A stretch of DNA of 64,000 nt from Thermoanaerobaculia bacterium (GCA_044226625.1 JBGAGQ010000026.1:13775-77774); one strand, 5' to 3'; counted from the first letter of the stretch, positions 53,997 to 63,566 are shown. Notes: generated from the letters alone by a model not told the origin. Numbers and translations are program-made.

Positions 53997-54419
53997 TCAA
54001 TCGACGTTGGCGGCGTCGAGGGCGGCGCGCCGCTCTTGGATCCACGAGAGCGCTTCATCGCGGCTCGAGAAATAGACCAGCGGCGCTTTGTCGGCGCGGT
54101 CGCCGAACAGCTTGAACGCGGTCAGGACCAGCTTGATGATCACGCGCGCCTTGAGCGGCGCGCTGTGGATGGCGAGACCCCGCACCGGCATCTTGAGCAT
54201 GCTCTCGTTGGCGATCCGGCGGACCTCCGGCTCCATCTTCTCGAGCTTCGCGGCGTCGATCACGAAGAACGTCCGCCTGCGTCCGGCCGCCCACTCCTCC
54301 TGGCGACGGCACATTTCGATCGCTTCTTCGGGCAGGACGATCCCGGAGAACTCCATGACCATGATGTCCGGCTCGATGAAATATGTCTTCTGGTTGCCCA
54401 CCTTCGGGTCGTACGTCAT
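53997..54419 (-). CDS. STAS/SEC14-like protein
   Basis: F.VID...L......R and F.S.DEA..WI; GAGGAGG RBS before ATG 54419. Confidence 0.75.
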   Translation of the reverse strand: MTYDPKVGNQKTYFIEPDIMVMEFSGIVLPEEAIEMCRRQEEWAAGRRRTFFVIDAAKLEKMEPEVRRIANESMLKMPVRGLAIHSAPLKARVIIKLVLTAFKLFGDRADKAPLVYFSSRDEALSWIQERRAALDAANVD

Positions 54420-54526
54420 CTCGGCCTCCTCACTGAAATCCGATCCGCTGAAACCTCTTGGAAATCCGCTCCGCTCCCGTTCCTGAAATCCGTCTCGAGC
54501 CGGCTCTCGTTCGCTTCGTTCTTGGC

Positions 54527-55117
54527 TCAACCTTCGTGGGTCCCGAGCAATCGCTCGGCGCCGAAACCCATGACCAGCGCGGTCGCGTCGTCGTGGTCGC
54601 GCCCGTATTTTTCGACGATCCGCCGCGCCACCTCCCGCGGCTCGCCGGGCAGGGCGAACCGCAGGTCGCCGCGCGACGAGACGCCGTCGGACAGCAGGCA
54701 GTAGACGTCTCCCGGCTTCATCTCGAACGGCATCGCCCGGTGGCGGCGCAGGTTGTGGCCGACGATCCCCGCCGAGCAGAACAGGCCCGGCGACGAGCCG
54801 GCGAGCGCCACGACCTCGATGTTGCCTACGCCGCAGAAAGCTCCTCGGCCCGACGGGTCGACTTTGAGCACGCCGATCGCGGCGCCGCGCGTCTCCCGTA
54901 GTGCCTCGTGGCAGTGCATGACGATCTGGTCGACCGAGAGCTCGAACGTCTCGCGAATCGCCGCGACCGCGCGACGCGCCGCGACCGACGCGTCGTGACC
55001 GTGCCCGAGGCCGTCGATCACCGCGGCGAGCAGGCCCGCCTCGCCCGGGTCGGCCATGAACTCGTCGCCACAGGACGCGAGGCCGCGGAGCGGCCGGCTG
55101 AATCCGCCCACCCTCAC
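54527..55117 (-). CDS. rsbX: RsbX-like PP2C/SpoIIE phosphatase
   Basis: CGD, IDGLGHG, TRGAA, GVGNI, GIVG, SDG and DDAT. Confidence 0.88.
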   Translation of the reverse strand: MRVGGFSRPLRGLASCGDEFMADPGEAGLLAAVIDGLGHGHDASVAARRAVAAIRETFELSVDQIVMHCHEALRETRGAAIGVLKVDPSGRGAFCGVGNIEVVALAGSSPGLFCSAGIVGHNLRRHRAMPFEMKPGDVYCLLSDGVSSRGDLRFALPGEPREVARRIVEKYGRDHDDATALVMGFGAERLLGTHEG

Positions 55118-55812
55118 CGATCACCTTGGAACGCGCAGGTCACGACCGTACCGCGCCCCGGCGCGGTCTCGATGGCGAACTCGTCGGTGAGCTTCTTGAC
55201 CGCGGCGAGCCCTTTGCCCATGCCGCGCTCCGATTTGTAGGTGCCGGCGAAGATCGTCTGCAGCTTCCCCGCTTCGATCCCGGGCCCCTGATCGCGCGCC
55301 ACGATCTCGAGCCGCGGGTCGCCTTCGTCGAGCACCGGCCGCAGCTCGATCGTGCCGCGCCCGGCGTAGAAGACGATGTTCCGCGCGAGCTCCGAGACCG
55401 CCGTCGCCACCTTGACCGATTTGAATTTCGACAGGCCGAGACGGACCGCCTCGGACCAGGCGTCGAGCCGCGCCGCCGCGATGTCCTTCTCGGCGTCGAT
55501 CGGCAGCCGCTTCGGGCCGATCGGCACGGTCGCCCGGACCGGCGCGACGGTCGGTCCGCCCGACAACGCGCGCGTGCAGGCGGCCATCAACTCGCTGCTG
55601 CCGTTGCGCGCGAAGAGACGGATGGAGCTTTCGAGATCGGAGAGGACGCGCCGCCGGTCGACCTCGGAGAGGTCCTGGACGGAGATCTGCGCGAGCGGAC
55701 CGAGGCGCCGGTAGATGCTGCGCTGGGTGATCTCGGAGATCGACCCGGCGAGCACCGCGCCGATCGCGCTCTCGACCGTGTTCGGTCTCGTCGTCGCCGG
55801 AGAGGTGGCCAT
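55114..55812 (-). CDS. rsbT: RsbT Ser/Thr kinase with N-terminal extension
   Basis: ATAVSELARNI..YAG.G, D.GPGI and G.G.GL...K.L.DEF.I....G.GT; about 90 extra N-terminal residues. Confidence 0.88.
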   Translation of the reverse strand: MATSPATTRPNTVESAIGAVLAGSISEITQRSIYRRLGPLAQISVQDLSEVDRRRVLSDLESSIRLFARNGSSELMAACTRALSGGPTVAPVRATVPIGPKRLPIDAEKDIAAARLDAWSEAVRLGLSKFKSVKVATAVSELARNIVFYAGRGTIELRPVLDEGDPRLEIVARDQGPGIEAGKLQTIFAGTYKSERGMGKGLAAVKKLTDEFAIETAPGRGTVVTCAFQGDR

Positions 55813-55817
55813 CGATG

Positions 55818-56216
55818 TCACACGGCCTTTTCGAGCCGGGCGAGCGCGAGGTCGAGGTTCAGCGCGGTCTCGACCGCGTCGAGCTCGACGCCCATCTCGA
55901 CCAACGTCATCGCGACCGCCGGCCGCACGCCCACGAGATAGCAGTCGGCCCCCATGAAGCGGACCGATCGGCCGATGTCGTTCAGGATGCGGGTGATGTA
56001 GCTGTCGATGATCTCGACGCCCGAAACGTCGAGCACCACGCCCTTGGCGCCGCTCTCTCGCACCCGCTCCATCAGTGCCGCCTGGAGGTCGAGCGCCAAC
56101 CGGTCGTGAAGCTCGATCTGGATGCTCACCAGCAGGCAGTTGCGAATCTGGATGATCGGGACGGACTGCTCCCCGTGGGGGGACAACGCGGGAAGATGAC
56201 TCACGGCAATGACCAT
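55818..56216 (-). CDS. rsbS: RsbS antagonist STAS protein
   Basis: VPII.....LLVSIQ..LHD......Q, D.S....IDS and G.RP.VA.TLVE.G. Confidence 0.9.
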   Translation of the reverse strand: MVIAVSHLPALSPHGEQSVPIIQIRNCLLVSIQIELHDRLALDLQAALMERVRESGAKGVVLDVSGVEIIDSYITRILNDIGRSVRFMGADCYLVGVRPAVAMTLVEMGVELDAVETALNLDLALARLEKAV

Positions 56217-56506
56217 CCCTCCGGCAAAAATTCGTACCGGCACGGCGGAGCGCTCCCCGCCGCCCAAGACACACCAATCTTCGGCTTCTAAGAGCGTGGT
56301 GCGCGCAGCGAGGAAAAGGGAGCCGCGATCGAAGACGAAAATCGAAATGCATCGCGCGCGGACCGAAGGCCGGGGCGGAATTTCCCTCCCCGCCGGAAAC
56401 TCCCGGTCATTTGGCGCCGTGGTGGAAACTCGAGGAGACGATTCGAGGCGTGGCGCCCCGAGGTCCGCGGCTCAGCCGCGGCTCGATCCGATCCGATTCG
56501 ATCTGA

Positions 56507-57688
56507 TCAGACGTAATTGGCCGGATGGCCGGTCTGGAAACCGACCACCCGATCGCCCGGACGAAACGCGCCGTCGCGTGCGAGATCCTCGATCGCCGCG
56601 AGGACCGCCGCCCCTTCGGGCCCGATCAGCAGCCCTTCGTGCCGCGCCGCCCGCGCGATCAGCGGCTCGATGCGGGATTCCTCGACGGCGAGCGCGCGGC
56701 CGCCCGTCGCGCGGATGGCCTTGAGCACGAGGAAATCGCCGATCGCCTTCGGCACCCGGAGCCCCCAGACCTCCGTGCGCGGCGCTTCCCACTCGCGCGC
56801 CGACGATTCGCCTTCGTCGTAGGCGCGGACGATCGGCGCGCAGCCGGCCATCTGCACGACCACCATCTTCGGCCGCTTCGAGCCGATCAAGCCGAGGCGC
56901 TCCAGCTCGTCGAACGCCTTGTACATGCCGACGATCCCGGTGCCGCCGCCGAGCGGATAGACGATCCACTCCGGCAGGTCCCAACCGAGCTGCTCCGCGA
57001 GCTCGAGGCCCATCGTCTTCTTCCCTTCGGCCCGGTACGGCTCGCGAAGGGTGGAGATGCCCCAGTAGCGCTCGGCGCCCGCTTCGAGGAGCTTCGCCGC
57101 CTCGACCAGCGTGCCGGGCGAAGAGAGCACCTCGGCCCCGTGCGCGCGGCAGCGCGCGAACACGGTCTTGGGCGTGTCCTCGGGAAGCGCCACGCGCACC
57201 GGCAGCCCCGCCGCCGCGCCGTAGGCGGTGAGAGCGAGCGCCGCGTTGCCGGCGCTCGCGAGCTGCAAGCCGGGAGCCCCCAGCTCGCGCGCCCGGTTCA
57301 CCGCGAGCGACAGGCCGCGCGCCTTGAACGAGCCGGTCGGGTTCGTCGCCTCGTCCTTGAACGAGAGCGCCACGTCGCCGAGCGCCACGCCGGGAAACAG
57401 ATCGCCCGGTCGCCGCAGCGCCACGAGCGGCGTGCCCCCTTCGCCGAGATCGACGCGCTCGTCGAACCGGGCGAGCGGCAACAGCTCGCGGTAGCGCCAG
57501 AGGGTCCAGGGGCGGCCCGGCAGGGCGGCCCGCAGCCGCTCACCCCGCTTCCGATCGAGCGCGTAGTCGACGAGCCACGGCGCGCCCGCCGGAGAGAGGA
57601 ACGCCGGGCGGTCCAACGGCGCGGTCGCACCGGTCCGCGAGCAGACCAGGCCGGTCGCCCAGGATTCGACGGCGGACGACTCGGTCAC
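56507..57688 (-). CDS. thrC: Threonine synthase-like PLP enzyme
   Basis: LWRYRELLP, LGEG.TPL, KDE..NPTGSFKARG, SAGNA, EGKKTMG.E and YP.GGG.G; GTG start 57688. Confidence 0.88.
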   Translation of the reverse strand: MTESSAVESWATGLVCSRTGATAPLDRPAFLSPAGAPWLVDYALDRKRGERLRAALPGRPWTLWRYRELLPLARFDERVDLGEGGTPLVALRRPGDLFPGVALGDVALSFKDEATNPTGSFKARGLSLAVNRARELGAPGLQLASAGNAALALTAYGAAAGLPVRVALPEDTPKTVFARCRAHGAEVLSSPGTLVEAAKLLEAGAERYWGISTLREPYRAEGKKTMGLELAEQLGWDLPEWIVYPLGGGTGIVGMYKAFDELERLGLIGSKRPKMVVVQMAGCAPIVRAYDEGESSAREWEAPRTEVWGLRVPKAIGDFLVLKAIRATGGRALAVEESRIEPLIARAARHEGLLIGPEGAAVLAAIEDLARDGAFRPGDRVVGFQTGHPANYV

Positions 57689-58428
57689 GGCGGCGGCGTC
57701 TCGTCGATCACGTCGGAGGTGAGATCGGAGAGGAGCGCCTCCGGGATCGCCTGATCGGCGGGGAGCCGGCCGGTGGTGAACTTCTCCTCCGGCGAGGTCG
57801 CGGCGTCGATCGCGTCTTTGTACTTCTCCACCAGGTCGGCGTTGTGGTGCAGGGCGAGCGTCAGCTCCGCTTCGACCTTGCGGCCGCCGAGGTCGGCGAT
57901 CCGCTGGTCCAGCTCGGCTTTCCGCGCGGGATCGGTCTCCTGCGCCCTCATGGACTTCAACAGTCGAAGATAGTCCCGGTCGCCCGCGGCGAGCTGCGCT
58001 TCGAGGTCGCGATTCATCCGCCAACGCTGGACCTCGCGCACCCGATCGGCCACCCACTTGAGCTCCTTCGGGTTGTCGCCCAGCTCTTTGGCCGCGGCGA
58101 GCTCGACCGCGCCTTCCGGCTCGCCCTCCGCCTGGCGCTTCTGGCGCAACGCGGCCGCCCTCTTCTGGACCTCGACGAACATCTGCACCTGCGCCTCGTT
58201 GAGCATGCCGTCGGCCGGCGGCTCGAACTCGAACTCGGACAGATCGGACTCGGAATCGGACGTCGAGCCCGCGGAGGCCGTCGGCGCGGCGGACCGCCCC
58301 GGCGCGGAGGAATTCGCGGGCGCCCCGGCTCCCTTGTCTCCGCACCCCGCGAGCCAGCCCGCCAGAACGAAGGGGCCGACGAGCGAGAAGGCTGCGATCG
58401 CGGCACGCCGCTGCGGTTCGAATCCCAT
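57685..58428 (-). CDS. Hypothetical lipoprotein
   Basis: Lipobox LAGC, Ser/Ala-rich linker, helical body. Confidence 0.75.
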   Translation of the reverse strand: MGFEPQRRAAIAAFSLVGPFVLAGWLAGCGDKGAGAPANSSAPGRSAAPTASAGSTSDSESDLSEFEFEPPADGMLNEAQVQMFVEVQKRAAALRQKRQAEGEPEGAVELAAAKELGDNPKELKWVADRVREVQRWRMNRDLEAQLAAGDRDYLRLLKSMRAQETDPARKAELDQRIADLGGRKVEAELTLALHHNADLVEKYKDAIDAATSPEEKFTTGRLPADQAIPEALLSDLTSDVIDETPPP

Positions 58429-58446
58429 AGAGGTGCGCGAACCTTA

Positions 58447-59685
58447 TCAGCGAACCGCGCCGGCCAGAGCCGACACGTACCCCTCGCGATAGCGGGCCGC
58501 GACGGCGTCCCAGGTCAGCTCCGCCTCCGCCTTCGCGCGCCCCGCCCGCCCCATCTCGCGGCACAGCTCGGGGTTCCGGAGCAGCTCGATCAACGCCGCG
58601 GTGACCGAGCCGGCGTCGCCCTCCGCGGTCAACCGGCCGGTGCGCCGGGGCACGACGGCCAGGGGCACGCCGGAGATCCCCGAGGCGACGACCGGAAGGC
58701 CGCTCGCCATCGCCTCCAGGATCACGTTCGGCAGACCGTCGACGTTGCCCTGGACGTCGTGCACCGCCGGCAGCACGAACAGGTCGGCGGTTCGGTAGAG
58801 ATCGGGCAGCGTGTCGCGCAAGACGCCACCGGCCATGTGGACCCGGCCGCCGAACGCCGCCGCCTCGCGCTCGAACCGCGGCAGCAGGTCGCCTCCGCCC
58901 GCGAGCACCACGTGCGCCTCGGGAACCGCGGCGAAGATCGCCGGCAGCGCCTCGAACAGGACGTGGAACCCTTTCTTGGTCGCCATCCGCCCGACCCCGA
59001 GCGCCATCGGAGCCTCGAGCGGGATGCCGAGCTTCGCCCGCCACCCGCCGGGATCGGACGTGCCCGAGGGCCTCGGCGAGAAATGCCGGACGTCCACGCC
59101 GTACGGGATCACCCGCGACCGCTCGGCCGGAAAGCCGAGCGCCCGCACCCGGTCGACCAGCTCGGGCGAACAGCCGGTGAGCAACCGGGCGCGGCGCAGC
59201 GCCGCCCGCGCGAGCGCGCGCACCCCGGGCTTTTCGGCCAGGAACACGTCGCTCCCGTGAAGGCCGATCGCGAGCGGCGCGCGCGAGACGGTCGCGCCGA
59301 TCAGCCCGTTCGGCACGATCCAATGGGCGTGCACGAGGTCGTACGGCCGCCCCTCGCGCTCGCGCTTCTTCAGCTCGCGGACGACCGCCCGTCGCGCGCC
59401 CCAGGCATAGAGCGGGGCCACGAGCGCCGCGCCCCCTTTGACCTTTTCGTCCGCCTCGAGGCTCCGGCCGTAGCCGAGCACCTCGCGCGACTCGGGCGCG
59501 TAGCGGAAGGTGCGCGTGACCACGCCGTCGATCGTCCACTCCGCCGGCAGCCCGGCCGCGTGCGGCGCGAGGACGGTCACCCGGTCGCCGCCGCGCACGA
59601 GGCCCGCCGCGAGGTCGCGAATGAACGGCCCGGCCCCGTCTTCCGGCGTGCGCGGGTAGGTCTGGGTGAGGAAGAGGACGTCCAA
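58447..59685 (-). CDS. GT4 family glycosyltransferase
   Basis: HAHW, HGSD, GR...KKG and DGLPNVILEAMASG.PVV. Confidence 0.93.
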   Translation of the reverse strand: MDVLFLTQTYPRTPEDGAGPFIRDLAAGLVRGGDRVTVLAPHAAGLPAEWTIDGVVTRTFRYAPESREVLGYGRSLEADEKVKGGAALVAPLYAWGARRAVVRELKKREREGRPYDLVHAHWIVPNGLIGATVSRAPLAIGLHGSDVFLAEKPGVRALARAALRRARLLTGCSPELVDRVRALGFPAERSRVIPYGVDVRHFSPRPSGTSDPGGWRAKLGIPLEAPMALGVGRMATKKGFHVLFEALPAIFAAVPEAHVVLAGGGDLLPRFEREAAAFGGRVHMAGGVLRDTLPDLYRTADLFVLPAVHDVQGNVDGLPNVILEAMASGLPVVASGISGVPLAVVPRRTGRLTAEGDAGSVTAALIELLRNPELCREMGRAGRAKAEAELTWDAVAARYREGYVSALAGAVR

Positions 59686-59741
59686 CGGGGGTGCCTAGCG
59701 GGGTTGCCGCGGCCCGAGCGGACGCCGCGACGCGGGGGTCC

Positions 59742-60749
59742 CTACTCCAGCCATTCCTTGATCGAATAGCTGTCCGGCCGGCGGAAGCTCTTGAACGTCA
59801 GCATCTCGCCCAAGAGGCCGGTGGTGAGCACCTGGATCCCCATCAACATCAGCAGCATGCCGAGCAGCAGGAGCGGCCGGTTCGACAGGTACTCGCCGCG
59901 GAACCAGAGCACGGCGAGATAGAGGTTGATGCCGAAGCCGAGCGCCAGGAACACCAGCCCGACCGCGCCGAACAGGTGGAGCGGGCGCCGGGTGTACTTG
60001 GTGATGAACAGGACCGTCAGCAGGTCGAGCAGCCCTTTGTAGAAGCGGTCCCAGCCGTACTTGCTCACACCGTGGCGCCGGGGATGATGGACGACGTCCA
60101 CCTCCCCCACCGTGAAACCGCGCCGGCTCGCGAGCACCGGGATATAGCGGTGCAACTCGCCGTAGACCGCGATCTCCGAGAGCACCTCGCGCCGGTACAC
60201 CTTGAACCCGCTGTTGAAGTCATGGAGGTCGACCTGCGCGAGCTTCCTCGTCACCCAGTTGTAGAGACGCGAGGGCCAGCGCTTCGAGGCGGGGTCGCGG
60301 CGGTTCTTCTTCCAACCCGAGACGAGATCGAGCCGCCGCTCCTCGAGCGCCGCGAGCATGCGCGGGATCTCCTCCGGAGCGTCCTGCAGATCGCCGTCCA
60401 TCGTCACCACGATCTCGCCGCGCGAATGGTCGAACCCGGCGGTGAGCGCCGCCGCCTTGCCGAAGTTCCGGCGCAGGCGGACCAGCTTCACGCGAGGATC
60501 CGCCTCCCGCGCCGCGCGCACCCGCTCGACCGTCCGATCCTTCGAGCCGTCGTCGACGAACACGATCTCGAAGCTCCGCTCGAGCCCGTCGAGCACCGCC
60601 GCCACCCGAGACGCCAGCTCCGCCACCGATCCCTCCTCGTCGAGTACGGGAACGATCACCGAGACCTCGACCTCGGCAGGATTCAGCTCGGGCGTGCCGG
60701 GAAACATCTCCTCGACCGGCCGCGGCCCCAGGGCAGGTTGGCTGCTCAT
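59742..60749 (-). CDS. GT2 polyprenol-phosphate glycosyltransferase (ArnC/GtrB-like)
   Basis: VDDGS.D, RNFGK, MDGDLQD, HD.N.GFK and HR; two C-terminal TM helices. Confidence 0.93.
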   Translation of the reverse strand: MSSQPALGPRPVEEMFPGTPELNPAEVEVSVIVPVLDEEGSVAELASRVAAVLDGLERSFEIVFVDDGSKDRTVERVRAAREADPRVKLVRLRRNFGKAAALTAGFDHSRGEIVVTMDGDLQDAPEEIPRMLAALEERRLDLVSGWKKNRRDPASKRWPSRLYNWVTRKLAQVDLHDFNSGFKVYRREVLSEIAVYGELHRYIPVLASRRGFTVGEVDVVHHPRRHGVSKYGWDRFYKGLLDLLTVLFITKYTRRPLHLFGAVGLVFLALGFGINLYLAVLWFRGEYLSNRPLLLLGMLLMLMGIQVLTTGLLGEMLTFKSFRRPDSYSIKEWLE

Positions 60750-60798
60750 CGGGGCGGATTGTAGCAGGGGGCGTTTCCGGCAATCGACGGCGATCGAT

Positions 60799-61107
60799 TC
60801 ATCCGAGGTCCGGCTCGGCTCCGCGGCTGCAATGCCATAGAGCCAGGATCTCTACGGCTTCGGAGCTCTCCACGATTTGATAGTAGAGGTAGTACCGGAT
60901 TCGGCCCAGGAGGACTCGGCGGATCTTCGAAGAGCGGGGATGCTCGACCCTCTCACCGGCTGAAGGAAGCCTCGACACGAGATCGAATCCTCGTTCGAGG
61001 TCGTCGGCAAACGCCGAAGGCGCTTTGGGTCGATTGTGCTGCCACCAAATCGCAGCCGTTCGAATCTGCAGGCTCGCGCGGCGGGAGACCTCGATCCGAT
61101 GGCTCAA
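60799..61107 (-). CDS. RelE/ParE-family toxin
   Basis: P..G, RR.....Y.LYY and V.ILA.WH..R; its start overlaps the antitoxin stop. Confidence 0.88.
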   Translation of the reverse strand: MSHRIEVSRRASLQIRTAAIWWQHNRPKAPSAFADDLERGFDLVSRLPSAGERVEHPRSSKIRRVLLGRIRYYLYYQIVESSEAVEILALWHCSRGAEPDLG

Positions 61108-61331
61108 CGGGCGGCCAAAGCCCGGAGCTCGGCCAGTAGAGCTTGCCCGTCGACGAAGTCCCCGCGCCGGATCTCATCCATGGCTTCCGAGAGCTCGCGC
61201 TCCTGATCGGCCGACAGCCGGACGGGCGCTTGGTCGTCATCCGCCATCACCACGACCTTCGTGCCCTCGGTGAGGAAATCCTCCGGGATCGAGACCTTGC
61301 CTCCGACCACCGTGCCCGTCGCGACTTTCAT
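61104..61331 (-). CDS. Antitoxin of the ParE-type TA pair
   Basis: 75 aa, acidic, immediately upstream of the toxin. Confidence 0.8.
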   Translation of the reverse strand: MKVATGTVVGGKVSIPEDFLTEGTKVVVMADDDQAPVRLSADQERELSEAMDEIRRGDFVDGQALLAELRALAAR

Positions 61332-61487
61332 GACCCTATTCTAAGGAGAGCCAACCACACCGCGCAAACGCTCCGTGCGACGTCCGCGCACATCCTCCCG
61401 GCGGGTCCGCCCCGGCCGCTTGAAGCCGCGAGCGAAACCTGTCTATCTTCGTTCCCGCCTCAGGTCTGCAATCGAGGAGCCGCCACG

Positions 61488-62768
61488 ATGCACCGTCGCA
61501 CCGCTTTGATCGCCGTGATGATTCTCTCCCTCTTTTGGGCAGCTGGTGAGGCGCGAGCCCAAGGAACCACCGCTCCATCGAAGATCGCCGTGCGCGCCGC
61601 CCGCGTGCTCGACGTGAGAAAAGGCGAATACCTCTCCGACGGGGTCGTCCTGATCGAAGGCGACGTCATCCAGGCGGTCGGTTCGAAGCTGACGGTCCCA
61701 CCGGGCTACGAGCTGATCGACCTCGGCGGGGCGACCGTCCTGCCCGGACTGATCGACGCCCACACCCATCTCCTGGCGAACGCCGACGGCGGATACGCCA
61801 ACATGCTCCTGACGAAATCGTCGGCCTACCGCGCGCTCGAAGGCGCGGCCTTCGCGAAACGGACGCTCGCAGCGGGGTTCACCACGGTCCGGGACGTCGA
61901 GAACGAGGGATCGGACTACGCCGACGTCGCGCTTCGGGACGCGATCGAACGCGGCCTGGTCGAGGGACCGCGGATGCGCGTCGCGACGCGGGGGATCGCC
62001 ATGGTCGGGCAGTACCTGCCGTTCGGCATCTCGCCCGACCTGCCCGACTTCCCGCACGGCTCGCAGATGGTGAGCGGCGCGGAGGAGATGCGGCGCGCGG
62101 TCCGCGAGCAGATCGGCTACGGCGCGGATCTGATCAAGGTCTACGCCGACTGGGACTACCCCACCTTCACGACCGATGAGCTGAAGGTCGCGGTCGACGA
62201 GGCCCACAAGGCCGGACGGCGCGTCGCCTCGCACGCCACCACGGTCGCGGGCATCCGGAACGCGGTCGAGGCCGGCGTCGACTCGATCGAGCACGGTTGG
62301 CGCGCCGACCGGGCGACGCTCCAGCTCATGAAGGAGAAAGGGACCTTCCTGGTCCCCACCGTGGGCCCGCTGGGCGACGACAAGGAACCGCCCCACGACG
62401 AAGCGAGCCGGCGATCGCAGGAGTTTCTCCACATGGCGCAACAGACCGTCCGGGCCGCCCGAGAGATCGGGGTGAAGATCGCCTGCGGCTTCGACGCCGG
62501 AGAAGAAGCCCGCCAGGGATTGAACGCCCGCGAGCTGATCGCCCTCCACGCGGCCGGGCTCTCCAACCTCGAAGCTCTCCGCGCGGCGACCCTCGGCGCT
62601 GCCGATCTCATCGGCTGGCCGGACAAAGTCGGCGCGATCGAGCCGGGCCGATACGCCGACCTGATCGCGGTCGCCGGCGACCCGCTCGCCGACCTCGAAT
62701 TGCTGGAGCACCCGTTCTTCGTGATGAAGGGTGGCATGGTGGTGAAAAGGGAGGGTAGCAGCCGGTAG
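61488..62768 (+). CDS. Secreted amidohydrolase (Xaa-Pro dipeptidase-like)
   Basis: Signal peptide; PGLIDAHTH, GFTTVRD, GAD.IK, SIEHG and G.I.PG..ADL; GAGGAG RBS. Confidence 0.92.
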   Translation: MHRRTALIAVMILSLFWAAGEARAQGTTAPSKIAVRAARVLDVRKGEYLSDGVVLIEGDVIQAVGSKLTVPPGYELIDLGGATVLPGLIDAHTHLLANADGGYANMLLTKSSAYRALEGAAFAKRTLAAGFTTVRDVENEGSDYADVALRDAIERGLVEGPRMRVATRGIAMVGQYLPFGISPDLPDFPHGSQMVSGAEEMRRAVREQIGYGADLIKVYADWDYPTFTTDELKVAVDEAHKAGRRVASHATTVAGIRNAVEAGVDSIEHGWRADRATLQLMKEKGTFLVPTVGPLGDDKEPPHDEASRRSQEFLHMAQQTVRAAREIGVKIACGFDAGEEARQGLNARELIALHAAGLSNLEALRAATLGAADLIGWPDKVGAIEPGRYADLIAVAGDPLADLELLEHPFFVMKGGMVVKREGSSR

Positions 62769-62874
62769 AACGATCCGCCCTGAAGCCTTCGCGTAAAGCC
62801 GTGCCCCCGCACTCGATCCGTGGCATCATCGCGACCCAACGTTCGCGCAAGCGAAGGAAAGAGAGGAGATCGGC

Positions 62875-63060
62875 ATGAAGCGCAACCGGAAGATCCATCT
62901 CCACCGCGAAACCCTCGCCCGCCTCGACGCCGCGAAGGGAGCCCTTCAGCAGATCGGCGGCGACACGGAATTCTCGCAGTGCGAGGTCATCACGGAATGC
63001 CCGAGCAACTGCTACGTGAGCTGCGCTCCCGGCTGCAACGCCGGAACTCAGAACGCCTGA
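62875..63060 (+). CDS. Putative RiPP precursor peptide (double-glycine leader, Cys/Ser/Thr-rich core)
   Basis: Leader K.HLHRETL..L...L..IGG; core DTEFSQCEVITECPSNCYVSCAPGCNAGTQNA; GAGGAG RBS; hairpin at 63075-63100. Confidence 0.75.
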   Translation: MKRNRKIHLHRETLARLDAAKGALQQIGGDTEFSQCEVITECPSNCYVSCAPGCNAGTQNA

Positions 63061-63140
63061 GCGAGTTTCTTGCCGGTGGCGCGCCCGTGAGCGCGCCACC
63101 CGCGCCCCGATTCCGCCGCTGTTTGCCATCGGCCACGGAG

Positions 63141-63400
63141 ACCGCCGATCGGCGCCGCAGAGCCGCGATCGGGCGCGTGAAGCCGCTATCTGGCGCGTAA
63201 AGCCGCTATACGCCGCAGATAGCGGCTTTCCAGCGGCGAAAAATCGCTATCGCTCGCGTAAAGCCGCTATCCGCGCCAGAAATTGAATAAACCGGCGCAG
63301 GAAGCGGCTATCTGCCGCAGGAAGCCGCTATCTGGCGCAGGAAGCCGCTTTCTGGCGCAGAAAAATCGCTATCCGCGAGCGATAGCGGCTTTACGCGGCT
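63141..63400. repeat. Array of about 13 imperfect 20-21 bp units with core AAGC(C/G)GCT(A/T)TC
   Basis: Consecutive units such as gaagcggctatctgccgcag, gaagccgctatctggcgcag and gaagccgctttctggcgcag; variant AAAATCGCTATC twice; inverted GATAGCGGCTTT twice. Confidence 0.85.
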
Positions 63401-63566
63401 GTTTTCGGGCTCCGCGACCGGCGAAATCCTCGAAAATCTCGTCATATCGCACGCTTAGCGTGGAATCGCGATTCGCGTCCAGCAAGCGGGGCGCGGCGGC
63501 CGCGAACCTGATTTCGGGGCTGCGAAGGAGCGTGCGCCGAGGGTATCCATTCGAGCACCCAAGGAG

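Noticed and set aside
56483-56510. Five-fold (C/T)GAT(C/T) pentamer run after thrC
   Set aside because: Short and imperfect; GATC/CGAT words are abundant throughout this window.
63141-63400. CRISPR array
   Set aside because: The period is 20-21 bp with about 9-nt semi-conserved spacers, repeats occur in both orientations, and no cas genes are present.
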